Virus record (IMG/VR): IMGVR_UViG_3300026097_001139
Span: 1-64,000 of that record
Direction: 5' to 3' (one strand)
DNA from: a virus
Length of the DNA: 64,000 bases
Shown: positions 10,997 to 20,483 of the stretch, piece by piece
Layout of the letters: each line of letters begins with the position of its first letter
How positions within the stretch are numbered: position 1 is the stretch's first letter
The notes under the pieces: generated by a model
Database searches by the model: none
The model's input: the letters and a program-made list of their open reading frames with translations, nothing else
Told to the model about the DNA's origin: nothing
Position numbers and translations under genes: made by a program

Positions 10997-12299
10997 AGAA
11001 AAACCGTCAAGTCTGTGCATGGCACCGTGGACTCACACCTATCTTAGTCCTCAGACAGAACGCAGAATGTGCTGTGCCAGCAGAGAACCTGCACAGAACT
11101 TCAAGCAGTATATCGACACTGATACAGGCACCGGCGAATACAATCCAAGCACACTAGAAGAACATTGGAACAGCGAACACATGAAAAATGTGCGTCGTAG
11201 AATGATGGCAGGCGAAACACTCAACGAGTGCGAAGTGTGCAATAACAAATTGCTGAATACAGATGTATACAGAGACTACTTCTGGCATCTGTTTAAGCAT
11301 CACTACAACGATATTTGGGAAAAAACCGACGAGTCAGGGCATACAGATATGCAACCTGTTAGTTGGGACTATCGTTTTAGTAATCTCTGCAACTTTAAAT
11401 GCAGAACCTGCGGGGACATGTTGAGTTCAGCCTGGGAAACTGAACAGCGTAAAAACAACATGATCAATTGGGACGATCCAAAAAACAACTGGATGCGTCC
11501 CGAAGTCCGCGCAGAAATATCCAAATTTCAAGACACTCAGATTGAAGCCGAGTTTTCACAAGCTGTAGAAGAACACAGAGTGCAAGAAGTTTATTGGGTA
11601 GGCGGAGAACCTTTGATGTACGAGCAACATTGGAGGTACATGTCCAGGATCGTAGAATTGGGAGACGGTCCTGGACTTTATGCTCGATACAATACAAATC
11701 TCAGTAGAGTTGAATACCAAGGCACGCACTTATACAGAGATATTATCAAAAATATAAGAGACTGGCAAATCTGTGCCAGCATCGACGGCACCGGGCCCAT
11801 TGGCGAGTATATTCGCACGGGATTGAATTATCAACAATTTTTAGACAACTTCAAACAAGGCGTTGATATACAGAAAACACGCAGGCAGATGCGATTGGAT
11901 TTTACACTCACGTTGCCGGGCTTGTTTGAAGTGGAGGCAATGCAACAACTTGCAGATGAGCTAGGCGTGGACTTACTTGCAAAAGTAATCTTTGGGTTTT
12001 CGCCTGACATTGTGCTGAGTCCACTGGCACTGCCTAAGGAATTGCTGGACAAACAGATCGATCAACTGGCGCACAGTGTACCTGATGGTGCACTCAAAGA
12101 TGTGCTAGTACAACTGAAAAACAGGCCAACGTTTCAGGAGCAATGGCCTGGTCAGTGGCAATCGGGCTTGGTTGCTGGAAAAAAACGTATACTGCGTTTA
12201 GAGAGTATTCGCAACGACAAGTACACTCTAGACGATATTTTACAGGAACACAATAAGGAAATTTATGACTGGTGGCAATCAATTCCAATTATTGGATAA
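10983..12299 (+). CDS. Radical SAM protein with N-terminal twitch-like domain
   Basis: CMAPW..MCC..CEVC; CNFKCRTC; VGGEPL. Confidence 0.92.
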   Translation: MQKPKEKPSSLCMAPWTHTYLSPQTERRMCCASREPAQNFKQYIDTDTGTGEYNPSTLEEHWNSEHMKNVRRRMMAGETLNECEVCNNKLLNTDVYRDYFWHLFKHHYNDIWEKTDESGHTDMQPVSWDYRFSNLCNFKCRTCGDMLSSAWETEQRKNNMINWDDPKNNWMRPEVRAEISKFQDTQIEAEFSQAVEEHRVQEVYWVGGEPLMYEQHWRYMSRIVELGDGPGLYARYNTNLSRVEYQGTHLYRDIIKNIRDWQICASIDGTGPIGEYIRTGLNYQQFLDNFKQGVDIQKTRRQMRLDFTLTLPGLFEVEAMQQLADELGVDLLAKVIFGFSPDIVLSPLALPKELLDKQIDQLAHSVPDGALKDVLVQLKNRPTFQEQWPGQWQSGLVAGKKRILRLESIRNDKYTLDDILQEHNKEIYDWWQSIPIIG

Positions 12300-13362
12300 A
12301 GTTTCAATTGAACTCAAAAATAGAGCAACAGGGTCATTGTTGCCTGTGTATATTGATGTTTATGATAATAGTTTATCACGTAAATGGCTAGATGCACTAA
12401 AAGTAATCCTTAAAGACGATTTGCATTTAGAAAAAAACTACTGTTTCTTTGGATTTCCAGATGGCGAACGCAGTGCAGAATACATCTGTGAACAAATAAA
12501 TCGCAGTATAGCCGCAATCAACGCCAGTGATCTAGATTACAACATACATGACCATTTCACTGTGGAGAATACTATTACCACTGGTCCAGTTGGCGAGGAC
12601 TTGCCTGGGCATAAATTGGTCCAGGAAAAAATGAATTGGTTGCACAGATACTTTGAGGATTTACAAGGAACCAGTGCTGACATCAGTGCTTATTACAAAC
12701 AGGCCAATGATGCAACACGTTGGCACATACGTCAACTGAACTTGTTGTGTCACGAATACGAAAGTCTTGTGTTAAGCATGCGTAAAAAGATTCATGCACC
12801 TGAATGGCGTAGACCTAGTCAGTTAATGTGCTGGCTGAATGCACCGAGATTTACACTGGACGAGAATGATTACGAATTGTTTGGAGTCGACACACTGGCA
12901 AGACCTTTAGGCGGTGTGTTTGTGGGTGTAAACAAAGCTGTTGGTAAACACCACTGGGAAGTGTTTCACGATGAAGGACGCGACAGCAGAATCGATGAAC
13001 TGGTAACAACGTCTTTGAGCAGCCAAACCGAAGCCACTGGGGATTTTGACATTGAATGGGCAAACAATCCTGGCAACTACGAATTCTTTCAACGTGAAAT
13101 GGCAGACTTTCGGACCTGGCTTGTTGCAAATGGCTTTGACCCTGAAGACAAATGTCTAACCATTGGACATCCGCAGATAGGTCAAGTGGATTTAAATGCC
13201 AGCTTTGGCACAGAAGATTTTGAAACAATATGGGCCTTGCTCAACGATCATTTAGATGTGCACAGTGTAAGCACCGCAAATCACCGTGCAGAGTATCCAT
13301 ATCACTGGAGCGATCAAGATTACATGGCTCAACAAATTCGTGCACTGGCTGATCATGTATAA
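12265..13362 (+). CDS. Hypothetical protein
   Basis: 365-aa ORF in the operon; no motif recognised; start uncertain. Confidence 0.7.
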   Translation: MTGGNQFQLLDKVSIELKNRATGSLLPVYIDVYDNSLSRKWLDALKVILKDDLHLEKNYCFFGFPDGERSAEYICEQINRSIAAINASDLDYNIHDHFTVENTITTGPVGEDLPGHKLVQEKMNWLHRYFEDLQGTSADISAYYKQANDATRWHIRQLNLLCHEYESLVLSMRKKIHAPEWRRPSQLMCWLNAPRFTLDENDYELFGVDTLARPLGGVFVGVNKAVGKHHWEVFHDEGRDSRIDELVTTSLSSQTEATGDFDIEWANNPGNYEFFQREMADFRTWLVANGFDPEDKCLTIGHPQIGQVDLNASFGTEDFETIWALLNDHLDVHSVSTANHRAEYPYHWSDQDYMAQQIRALADHV

Positions 13363-13383
13363 TTACAGTGCAAGGGGAAAACC

Positions 13384-13512
13384 ATGAACACGTTAAAATA
13401 CATTGTTACATTTCGATGGGTACTTGACATCTATCGTAGAATCAAATTACATATTCTGTACAAGAAAAAACTTAAGGAACTTCGTAAAAGAGATCCTTTC
13501 ATCTACAAATAA
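13384..13512 (+). CDS. Small basic protein, 42 aa (MNTLKYIVTFRWVLDIYRRIKLHILYKKKLKELRKRDPFIYK)
   Basis: Translated by hand (below ORF-track cutoff); AAGGGG SD-like site; fills the gap before the carbamoyltransferase. Confidence 0.7.
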   Translation: MNTLKYIVTFRWVLDIYRRIKLHILYKKKLKELRKRDPFIYK

Positions 13513-13520
13513 GGCAGTAT

Positions 13521-15038
13521 ATGATACTGGGAATTAGCGCAGGGTTTCACGATGCGGGCGTATGTGTGCTTGACTATGACGGCAATATACACTTTGCATC
13601 TCACAGTGAAAGATTCAGCAAGAAAAAACATGACAAGCATCTGTGCAAGGCGATCCTAGATCGTTGTTTTGAATATCCAATTGAGCATGTTGCATACTAT
13701 GAGCGTCCTTGGATGCACAACATGCAACAATGGATCAGTGGACAATCAGTAAGTCAACACTGGAGTCTCAAAAGCACATTGAAATCAATACTGGGAGATT
13801 ATTGGAATCCACAGTTATCTACCAGTTGTTATCCGCATCATCTCAGTCATGCGGCTGCTGGCTTTCAGACTTCTCCTTATGACGATGCTACAGTAGTTGT
13901 GATTGATGCCATTGGTGAATTAGACACGATCAGTATATATTATGCATACTATGATAACAAAGGTCGTGCTCGTTATAGAAAGCTTTGGGGACAGAGATAT
14001 CCACACAGCATTGGTTTGTTTTACAGTGCGATCACACAGCGTGTTGGTCTGCGTCCAATGGATGAAGAATATATTACCATGGGAATGGCCGCATTTGGAC
14101 ACGAAAAAGCCAAGTCATTGATGACCAGCAATGTGCTCGAAACACAAATGAAACAGCGATATCTTTACAGTGATAACAAATTACAGTTCAAAGAAAACTT
14201 TCACACAGGTATAGATGCCAGTCATTGGGAAGACTACAGCAACGAAGAGATAGCATTTGCAGCTCAAACCATTGCAGAAGAACTTATTCAAGATGTAATG
14301 TATACTGCCGCTCGACTGGGAAACAGTAAAAATTTAGTTTACATGGGAGGAGTGGCACTAAACTGCGTAGCCAATCGCAACATTGGGCTCAACTTCGACA
14401 ATGTGTGGATCATGCCCAATCCTGGTGATGCCGGCAGTGGCTTGGGTTGTGCTGCACTGCATTATGGCAAGCGTGTCAACTGGGAACACCCATACACTGG
14501 CACCTGTATTGAAGGCGAGTATCCTGTAAATGAATTGCTAGATGAATTGTTATCCAATCGCATAGTAGGAGTAGCAGCCGGTGGTGCCGAGTTTGGCCCT
14601 AGAGCACTGGGCAATAGAAGTCTGCTGGCAGATCCTAGAGGCGATGACATTAAAGATCTAGTGAACACTATTAAAAAACGTCAAAAGTTTAGACCATTTG
14701 CTCCAGTGATACTGGAAGAATACGCAGATCAATATTTTGATATGCCTCGAGGATTTTCAAGCAGTCCGTACATGCAGGTAACAGCATACTGCAAACATCC
14801 AGAACTGTTTCCTGCTATTGTACATGTAGATGGCACAAGTCGAGTGCAAACAGTGCCCAAAGACAGTGCCAGTGGCATAAGACAACTACTAGAAAAATGG
14901 TATGTGTTAACAGATTGTCCTATGCTGCTGAATACCAGTTTAAACATTCGCGGAGAGCCAATGATTGACACTGTAGAAGACGCCATAAGATTCGAACAAT
15001 TGTATAACACTCCTGTGTGTACTCCTAAAAAAGGTTAA
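13521..15038 (+). CDS. O-carbamoyltransferase (NodU/CmcH/TobZ family)
   Basis: ILGISAGFHD, HHLSHAA, GGVALNC, EFGPRALGNRSLLADP, FRPFAP, HVDGTSRVQTV, LLNTSLN. Confidence 0.95.
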   Translation: MILGISAGFHDAGVCVLDYDGNIHFASHSERFSKKKHDKHLCKAILDRCFEYPIEHVAYYERPWMHNMQQWISGQSVSQHWSLKSTLKSILGDYWNPQLSTSCYPHHLSHAAAGFQTSPYDDATVVVIDAIGELDTISIYYAYYDNKGRARYRKLWGQRYPHSIGLFYSAITQRVGLRPMDEEYITMGMAAFGHEKAKSLMTSNVLETQMKQRYLYSDNKLQFKENFHTGIDASHWEDYSNEEIAFAAQTIAEELIQDVMYTAARLGNSKNLVYMGGVALNCVANRNIGLNFDNVWIMPNPGDAGSGLGCAALHYGKRVNWEHPYTGTCIEGEYPVNELLDELLSNRIVGVAAGGAEFGPRALGNRSLLADPRGDDIKDLVNTIKKRQKFRPFAPVILEEYADQYFDMPRGFSSSPYMQVTAYCKHPELFPAIVHVDGTSRVQTVPKDSASGIRQLLEKWYVLTDCPMLLNTSLNIRGEPMIDTVEDAIRFEQLYNTPVCTPKKG

Positions 15039-15046
15039 ACTAAAAA

Positions 15047-15754
15047 ATGTCAGAACTAGTAGAAATTATTGAAGTAGAACACTACACAGATCGCCTGTTT
15101 AGATTTAGAACAACAAAGCCAAAAGACTTTACTTTTCGGGCCGGTGAGTTTACAATGATAGGAATGGGGGATGATGATCTCATGAGAGCATACAGCATTA
15201 CCAGTGCCCCTGAAGATCCTTTTTTAGAATTTTACAGCATTAAAGTCCCGGACGGTCCGTTGACAAGTAGATTACAGCATGTTAAAATAGGAGATACAAT
15301 TGAAGTAGGTGATCGCCCAACTGGCAGTTTAACTACACAATTTGTAAAGCCTGGCAAAGACTTGTGGTTAATGGCTACCGGCACTGGTATTGCACCTTTT
15401 ATTAGTTTGTTAAGAGACGGTGAGATATTTGACATCTACAACAAAGTACACGTAACATGGACAGTGAGAACACCTGCTGAACTGTTGTGTTATCACGAAT
15501 TTTTACAGGATCTTGATATACATTACTTTCCAACAGTTACCCAAGAAGAATTTGCTAACACGGGACGTATACAAAAATTTATTGAAGCTGGTACCATTAT
15601 GGAAAACAGCAGTCCCGAAACAGATCGTGTAATGTTATGCGGAAGCATGGCTTTCAATAAAGACATGAAACAGTTGTTGCTAGCTGCAGGCTACGAAGAA
15701 GGCAACAAGAAAAATCCAGGTACGTTTGTGCTAGAACGTGCATTTGTAAGCTAG
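15047..15754 (+). CDS. fpr: Ferredoxin-NADP+ reductase
   Basis: [30 protein letters not shown]-terminal ERAF. Confidence 0.92.
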   Translation: MSELVEIIEVEHYTDRLFRFRTTKPKDFTFRAGEFTMIGMGDDDLMRAYSITSAPEDPFLEFYSIKVPDGPLTSRLQHVKIGDTIEVGDRPTGSLTTQFVKPGKDLWLMATGTGIAPFISLLRDGEIFDIYNKVHVTWTVRTPAELLCYHEFLQDLDIHYFPTVTQEEFANTGRIQKFIEAGTIMENSSPETDRVMLCGSMAFNKDMKQLLLAAGYEEGNKKNPGTFVLERAFVS

Positions 15755-15761
15755 GAGAATT

Positions 15762-16103
15762 ATGACACATTTAGTAACTGATAATTGTATCAAATGCAAA
15801 CACACGGATTGTGTTGAAGTATGTCCAGTGGATTGTTTTTATGAAGGTCCGGACTTTCTAGTAATCAATCCTGATGAATGCATTGACTGTGCAGTTTGTA
15901 TTCCAGAGTGTCCTGTTGATGCCATTGTAGCTGAAGATGAAGTGCCCAATGACGGAGTTGATTGGTTTAAAATCAACGCTGAATTAGCTGAAAAATGGGC
16001 AGATAATAACATTACAGAAAAACTAGATCCTTTACCTGATCACGAATCATGGACAGATGTGCCAGGCAAGGTTCAATATATTCAACACTATATGGAAAGT
16101 TAG
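15762..16103 (+). CDS. fdxA: Ferredoxin (FdxA/FdI-type dicluster)
   Basis: [34 protein letters not shown]; AGGAG SD. Confidence 0.93.
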   Translation: MTHLVTDNCIKCKHTDCVEVCPVDCFYEGPDFLVINPDECIDCAVCIPECPVDAIVAEDEVPNDGVDWFKINAELAEKWADNNITEKLDPLPDHESWTDVPGKVQYIQHYMES

Positions 16104-16105
16104 TA

Positions 16106-17125
16106 TTATTGGTCTCCTGAGCATTGTTGCCCGCAATGCTCGGCGCATGCTACTAACCTGCCGGTTTCGATAGTTTCTTTCCAGGTCGGTGGGATACTTT
16201 TAAACCATTCAACACATTCTTCTAGACTGTATTTAAATAAATCGTTTTTGGCTACTAACTGTTTAATTTGCCCATTTCGATAAATCATATCGCCTGCGCG
16301 ACCCGTGTATGTTTCTGGTGCATTGCCAATGTAGCAGCAAGGATATACTTTGCCATCGCTGCTTACATATATATTTCTATCTTTCATTGCTTCGCAAACA
16401 ATGGTTTTTTGATTATATATTTTTTGAGTATACTTGCTTGGAGAACTATCTATGAACTCTTTTGTAGTAAGGATGTGCTCAACATCAATTTTAAATTCCC
16501 GGCCGATCCAGTATATCACGTTTTTGTTTTTATCTATTACAGGACCATTATCGCGCCTGTGGTCTTTAACTTCAAATTGATCAAACCCTAGTTGTTTGCT
16601 AAGTTCACGTGCTTCTTCGATTTGATGTTGATTATGTTCAAACACCATAAAAACCCAACTAGTTTTACCGCCTGCATTTCTAACTGTTTGTGCATTCTCT
16701 AGTATTGTATTAAAATCAGTATTTCTTCTGTACAGTTTATGAGTATCTTCGAGGCCGTCTATTGCAAAGAAAATTCTGTCTGTCACACTAGCAAGATCTT
16801 TCCAAAAATCTAGATCACGTGCATTGCCGTTTGTGCTTATAATTAAATTAGCGGTTGGATTATGCTTACGAAAGTATTGCATAATAGCAGGCGTGTCGGG
16901 ATTCATTACAATATCGCCAAAGTTGCCGCACACATTTATTTTGTGAAGTTGTGCAATAAACTCTGGTTTAAATATTTGTTTTACTTCCTTTAGCGTCAAG
17001 TTCCGTTCAACATAACCTGCATTAGTAGGGTGCCCGAACACATTTCTCAGGCATAAAGGACACTCTGCGTTGCATAAACTTGATAGTTCTAAGTCTAATC
17101 GGCGTATAAACTTATAGTGATACAT
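16106..17125 (-). CDS. Radical SAM protein with C-terminal SPASM/twitch domain
   Basis: CNAECPLC; C-terminal C..GKVYPCC..CAEHC. Confidence 0.9.
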   Translation of the reverse strand: MYHYKFIRRLDLELSSLCNAECPLCLRNVFGHPTNAGYVERNLTLKEVKQIFKPEFIAQLHKINVCGNFGDIVMNPDTPAIMQYFRKHNPTANLIISTNGNARDLDFWKDLASVTDRIFFAIDGLEDTHKLYRRNTDFNTILENAQTVRNAGGKTSWVFMVFEHNQHQIEEARELSKQLGFDQFEVKDHRRDNGPVIDKNKNVIYWIGREFKIDVEHILTTKEFIDSSPSKYTQKIYNQKTIVCEAMKDRNIYVSSDGKVYPCCYIGNAPETYTGRAGDMIYRNGQIKQLVAKNDLFKYSLEECVEWFKSIPPTWKETIETGRLVACAEHCGQQCSGDQ

Positions 17126-18162
17126 TACAAATAACTTTCTAAACCACCTTTTCTAGAAAGATCTTGTGTACAGCAGCTGATTCCACCGTCCCAGAAGTAA
17201 CTGTGACGAAGTTCACTTACTATAGGATTTATTTTATGTTTTTCGCAGTAGTCAAATACCTGCTTATTATAGGCTGAGAATATGACATTCTCTTCATCTA
17301 GCACAAGGCAATTAACATCAAACACAGTGTCTTCGACAAATCCAACCCATTGACTTAAATAGCTGTCAACAAAGTTTGAAAATTCTGGAGTAGGTGTCTG
17401 TCCTGTCACATACCAACGCCCGTTAAAGTTTTCCTGTTTAAACTTGCCAACTTCCATAGCCGCCCATATTGAACTGTCCCAAATCTTACAAACGTCCCAA
17501 CCAGGAAAGTCGCCTGCTAGATCCAGCTGGTCGTCCCATTTACTACTTAATAACACACCTGGCTTGAGAATAGCAAACACTGCATCGCCATGGCCATCAG
17601 TTACAGCTTCGTGTATACGATAGTCTGGGCCTAGCACATTGTCAACAATCCAGCGTGTTTGTTCTGGTTTCAAATAGTCTGAATTGTCAAAGAAAACGTC
17701 TTTACCAACACGTACAATACAACTAGCACTGGCTCCGTTGAGCACACAGTTTTCGTCCCATTCTCCTTGGTGCGGATTAATCACTTGATCCGGATTGTGT
17801 TGTTCTAAATCTGCACAGATATTATCCAATTCTTGCACAGGCAGCACACGTAGTAATTTGTCGCCTAGTGTAATCTGCCAGTCTCTTGGCGTAAGAGGCG
17901 GAAGCGGAGCACCTTGATCAGCAATCTGTTGTTCATGAAAACGGTTTACATCGGGTAGGTCTGGTCTACGGACCTTTGCACCATATTCTTCTATGGTCTT
18001 TTGTAGGTTTTCTAGATCTTCGGCACTTTCTTCAAGTATCTGACTGAGTTGATTGAATACTTGTTTGTCTTCGATAAACTCAAAATGTTCTGGTGTAAAC
18101 ACACTGCCTATAATTACTTCTTCCAGTGGTTGCCAACTAGTGTAACTGTTAATTTTACTCAT
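17125..18162 (-). CDS. Amidinotransferase (glycine/inosamine-phosphate amidinotransferase family)
   Basis: INSYTSWQPLEEVIIG, PRD, GHGD, DGGISCCTQDLSR (catalytic Cys region). Confidence 0.85.
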   Translation of the reverse strand: MSKINSYTSWQPLEEVIIGSVFTPEHFEFIEDKQVFNQLSQILEESAEDLENLQKTIEEYGAKVRRPDLPDVNRFHEQQIADQGAPLPPLTPRDWQITLGDKLLRVLPVQELDNICADLEQHNPDQVINPHQGEWDENCVLNGASASCIVRVGKDVFFDNSDYLKPEQTRWIVDNVLGPDYRIHEAVTDGHGDAVFAILKPGVLLSSKWDDQLDLAGDFPGWDVCKIWDSSIWAAMEVGKFKQENFNGRWYVTGQTPTPEFSNFVDSYLSQWVGFVEDTVFDVNCLVLDEENVIFSAYNKQVFDYCEKHKINPIVSELRHSYFWDGGISCCTQDLSRKGGLESYL

Positions 18163-18170
18163 AATTTAAT

Positions 18171-19295
18171 TTATTCTTCCCATACATATGGATCTTTTTT
18201 GCGTACAGCAAAAGTTAGATACGTGTTTATTTTTTCCATGTCATGATCGTTGCGCATTACTAGAAATTCATCAGCAAAGTGCAATTCTATTTTCTGCTGT
18301 AAAGCGAGATTTAACAATTCATTTCTTCGGTGGTATTCATCTGGTAATGAATGTATGCTAGGTAATACTATTCCGTCAGCATCACATGTTTGTAAATACC
18401 ATTCGAGCATCATATGCCAATCGTTGTTGTCAAATTCTCCATCTTCATAAGATAGTTTTATTTTATACATATCACAATAACGGCTGATAGTGCTTCTTTG
18501 CATTGGATAACTAAGATTTTTTCCATATTCGCTAGCCCAACTAACAAAACTAATAAATTTTTTGTCTGACAAATCAATTGGCTGGCTAGTGTAGTAATCG
18601 CCGGGGATCCTAAAAAATCCGCCTGGGCTTCGACGACCGTATTCTTCTCCTTTGAGTAAAATTCTAACGTCGATACTTGCCCTAGTGTAGCCTTCGTTAT
18701 TGTTTACGTTGCCGTGTATATGTTCTTGGAAAAATAAGTGACTTTGTCCGGGGCTCAAATTTACTGGCCAGGCATGCTTTAAACTTTCTTCTTCGAATTT
18801 TTTCATTGACCATTTTTCTAATATTGTTTGACGGGTAATCCTACGGCTATCTTCTAAGTCCAAGATCCACATTGTATTAGTATCTCGAGCCTCAGTTAGA
18901 GGATTCCAAAAGGTTCTGCACCCTCGTCCATTGCCGACAAAGATGCCTTGGTGAAAGATCAGTTTTCTATTTTCTTTGGCTTGATTCGGAATAACAACAC
19001 GCATAGTTGCTTGTCGTTGAATCAAATAAGGCAAATTGTCGATTATAGGTTCAGCATATTCTTTAGCAAAAGAATCAATTAACTCCATCCAGTCTTTACG
19101 TAGGAATGCTGACTGAACATAGTATTGTATTTTTAATATTTCGTCAGGGGTAAATTTTTTGTGAATAGTTTCGAAACAGTTAACACTAGGGTGAATTTCT
19201 TGAACAACTTTTAGGGCCCATTTGGTGAAATCATATCTACCAAGGTCATAATTTAAGGTTTTATTGTTCCAGTGTATTTGATGACTCTTAAGCAT
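18171..19295 (-). CDS. Fe(II)/2-oxoglutarate oxygenase-like domain (H-Q-G variant) fused to a resolvase-like C-terminal domain
   Basis: FHQG..W.PLT..HIHGNVNN..TRASIDVR; C-terminal MQR..I..YC..DGIV..SI..LP, reminiscent of the sporadic carbohydrate cluster families (TIGR04324/TIGR04323, from recall). Confidence 0.7.
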   Translation of the reverse strand: MLKSHQIHWNNKTLNYDLGRYDFTKWALKVVQEIHPSVNCFETIHKKFTPDEILKIQYYVQSAFLRKDWMELIDSFAKEYAEPIIDNLPYLIQRQATMRVVIPNQAKENRKLIFHQGIFVGNGRGCRTFWNPLTEARDTNTMWILDLEDSRRITRQTILEKWSMKKFEEESLKHAWPVNLSPGQSHLFFQEHIHGNVNNNEGYTRASIDVRILLKGEEYGRRSPGGFFRIPGDYYTSQPIDLSDKKFISFVSWASEYGKNLSYPMQRSTISRYCDMYKIKLSYEDGEFDNNDWHMMLEWYLQTCDADGIVLPSIHSLPDEYHRRNELLNLALQQKIELHFADEFLVMRNDHDMEKINTYLTFAVRKKDPYVWEE

Positions 19296-19355
19296 ACATA
19301 TTCCCTTTTGTAGCTATACTTATTGTAAGTAAAACTTGTATTTTTACTTTCTGGG

Positions 19356-20483
19356 TCATCTATCAATACCCTTTATTTTAAAATCTTTTTTCATTTGCTC
19401 TAGCATCAGTTCTAGCTCTGTCCAGAGCACAGTTTCAAATCCGCCGTTGTAGAAATGTTCGTAATTATGCTGAATAGTCGGCATCATTGCCTTGTACATG
19501 GTTGTTCGTTCATCAATTGTCATACTATCTATCTTTTTGCATAACTCAGCTACTTTTTCTAGTCTACGATAATCATCTGGCTCTTGATCATAGCTTTCGT
19601 CCCAAAAATCGTCGAATGTTCTAAATCCATAAAGCTTGAGATACTCTAAACTGCCTTGTGGAGCAACCAGTATAAATGGCATTTGTAAACAGATTGGCTT
19701 GAATGTTTTTTCTGTAAGATGATGTCTGCGACCAGAATACACTGTTTCTGTAACAACATAGGCAAAACTTTCTGCTGATTCTTCAAACAAACTCAACCAA
19801 CAACTGTGCATAGGATGATCTGTTTCGCCTGGGAATTGCCAAGGTAAATCAGCATCACAAAGTGTCTGTTCAATGTCTGGATAATGTACGCTGAATTTTG
19901 CAGCAATATCTTCTATGTTTGTATTTTCCACCGGACAGGTTCTTGGACAGCTTAACCAAGCATTTTGTATTTTTTGTTTAATAAATTGATACATTAGCAG
20001 CACTCTATGATCACGTTTACCGCCTACGATGCGTGTAGGACATATAAAACTGCGGTTCATGGTCCTGTCTTCTGGTGCAGGCATCAACCATGAACGATTG
20101 TATCCTCGATACCAATCCATGGCTGCCCACCCGTGAAAGAAATAGTAATAATGTTTCCATCCGTAATCATCGCATATTTGTTCAACAAACTCGCTGTTGT
20201 GCTCACTGGTAACAATTGCTTTACCAAATGCTTCCCTGTCAAAGTCAAGATCTCTACTGCGTTCCGCTACCTCGCCAAAAAGTGGTCTGTGTAGGTCCAA
20301 ATGAATTGGCTCTTGGTCGTGAAAGTATATATAATGTAGTTCATGGAGATCATGTCCATAATTATATAAACTATCCGGATCACTTCTTCCGGGAGGATCA
20401 CAGAAATACATTCTGCATAAAGGTATATTTTGTTTTATCCACGGCCAAAACACATTGTTATAAAGTTCGTCAATTCTAATCAT
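19356..20483 (-). CDS. Putative glycosyltransferase-like protein (GT10-like motif)
   Basis: VVTETVY..HLTEKTFKPI..PFILV..GFRTF..WDESYD. Confidence 0.5.
   Translation of the reverse strand: MIRIDELYNNVFWPWIKQNIPLCRMYFCDPPGRSDPDSLYNYGHDLHELHYIYFHDQEPIHLDLHRPLFGEVAERSRDLDFDREAFGKAIVTSEHNSEFVEQICDDYGWKHYYYFFHGWAAMDWYRGYNRSWLMPAPEDRTMNRSFICPTRIVGGKRDHRVLLMYQFIKQKIQNAWLSCPRTCPVENTNIEDIAAKFSVHYPDIEQTLCDADLPWQFPGETDHPMHSCWLSLFEESAESFAYVVTETVYSGRRHHLTEKTFKPICLQMPFILVAPQGSLEYLKLYGFRTFDDFWDESYDQEPDDYRRLEKVAELCKKIDSMTIDERTTMYKAMMPTIQHNYEHFYNGGFETVLWTELELMLEQMKKDFKIKGIDR

Noticed and set aside
18171-18600. Resolvase-like C-terminal domain as a sign of a mobile element or invertase
   Set aside because: It is fused to an oxygenase in both paralogs, lacks a recognisable serine-recombinase catalytic motif, and has no flanking recombination sites.
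13384-19295. Saxitoxin-like cluster (carbamoyltransferase, amidinotransferase, ferredoxin, dioxygenase, PFIY peptide)
   Set aside because: Only enzyme classes overlap; no SxtA-like PKS/aminotransferase, Rieske oxygenase or cyclase was seen.
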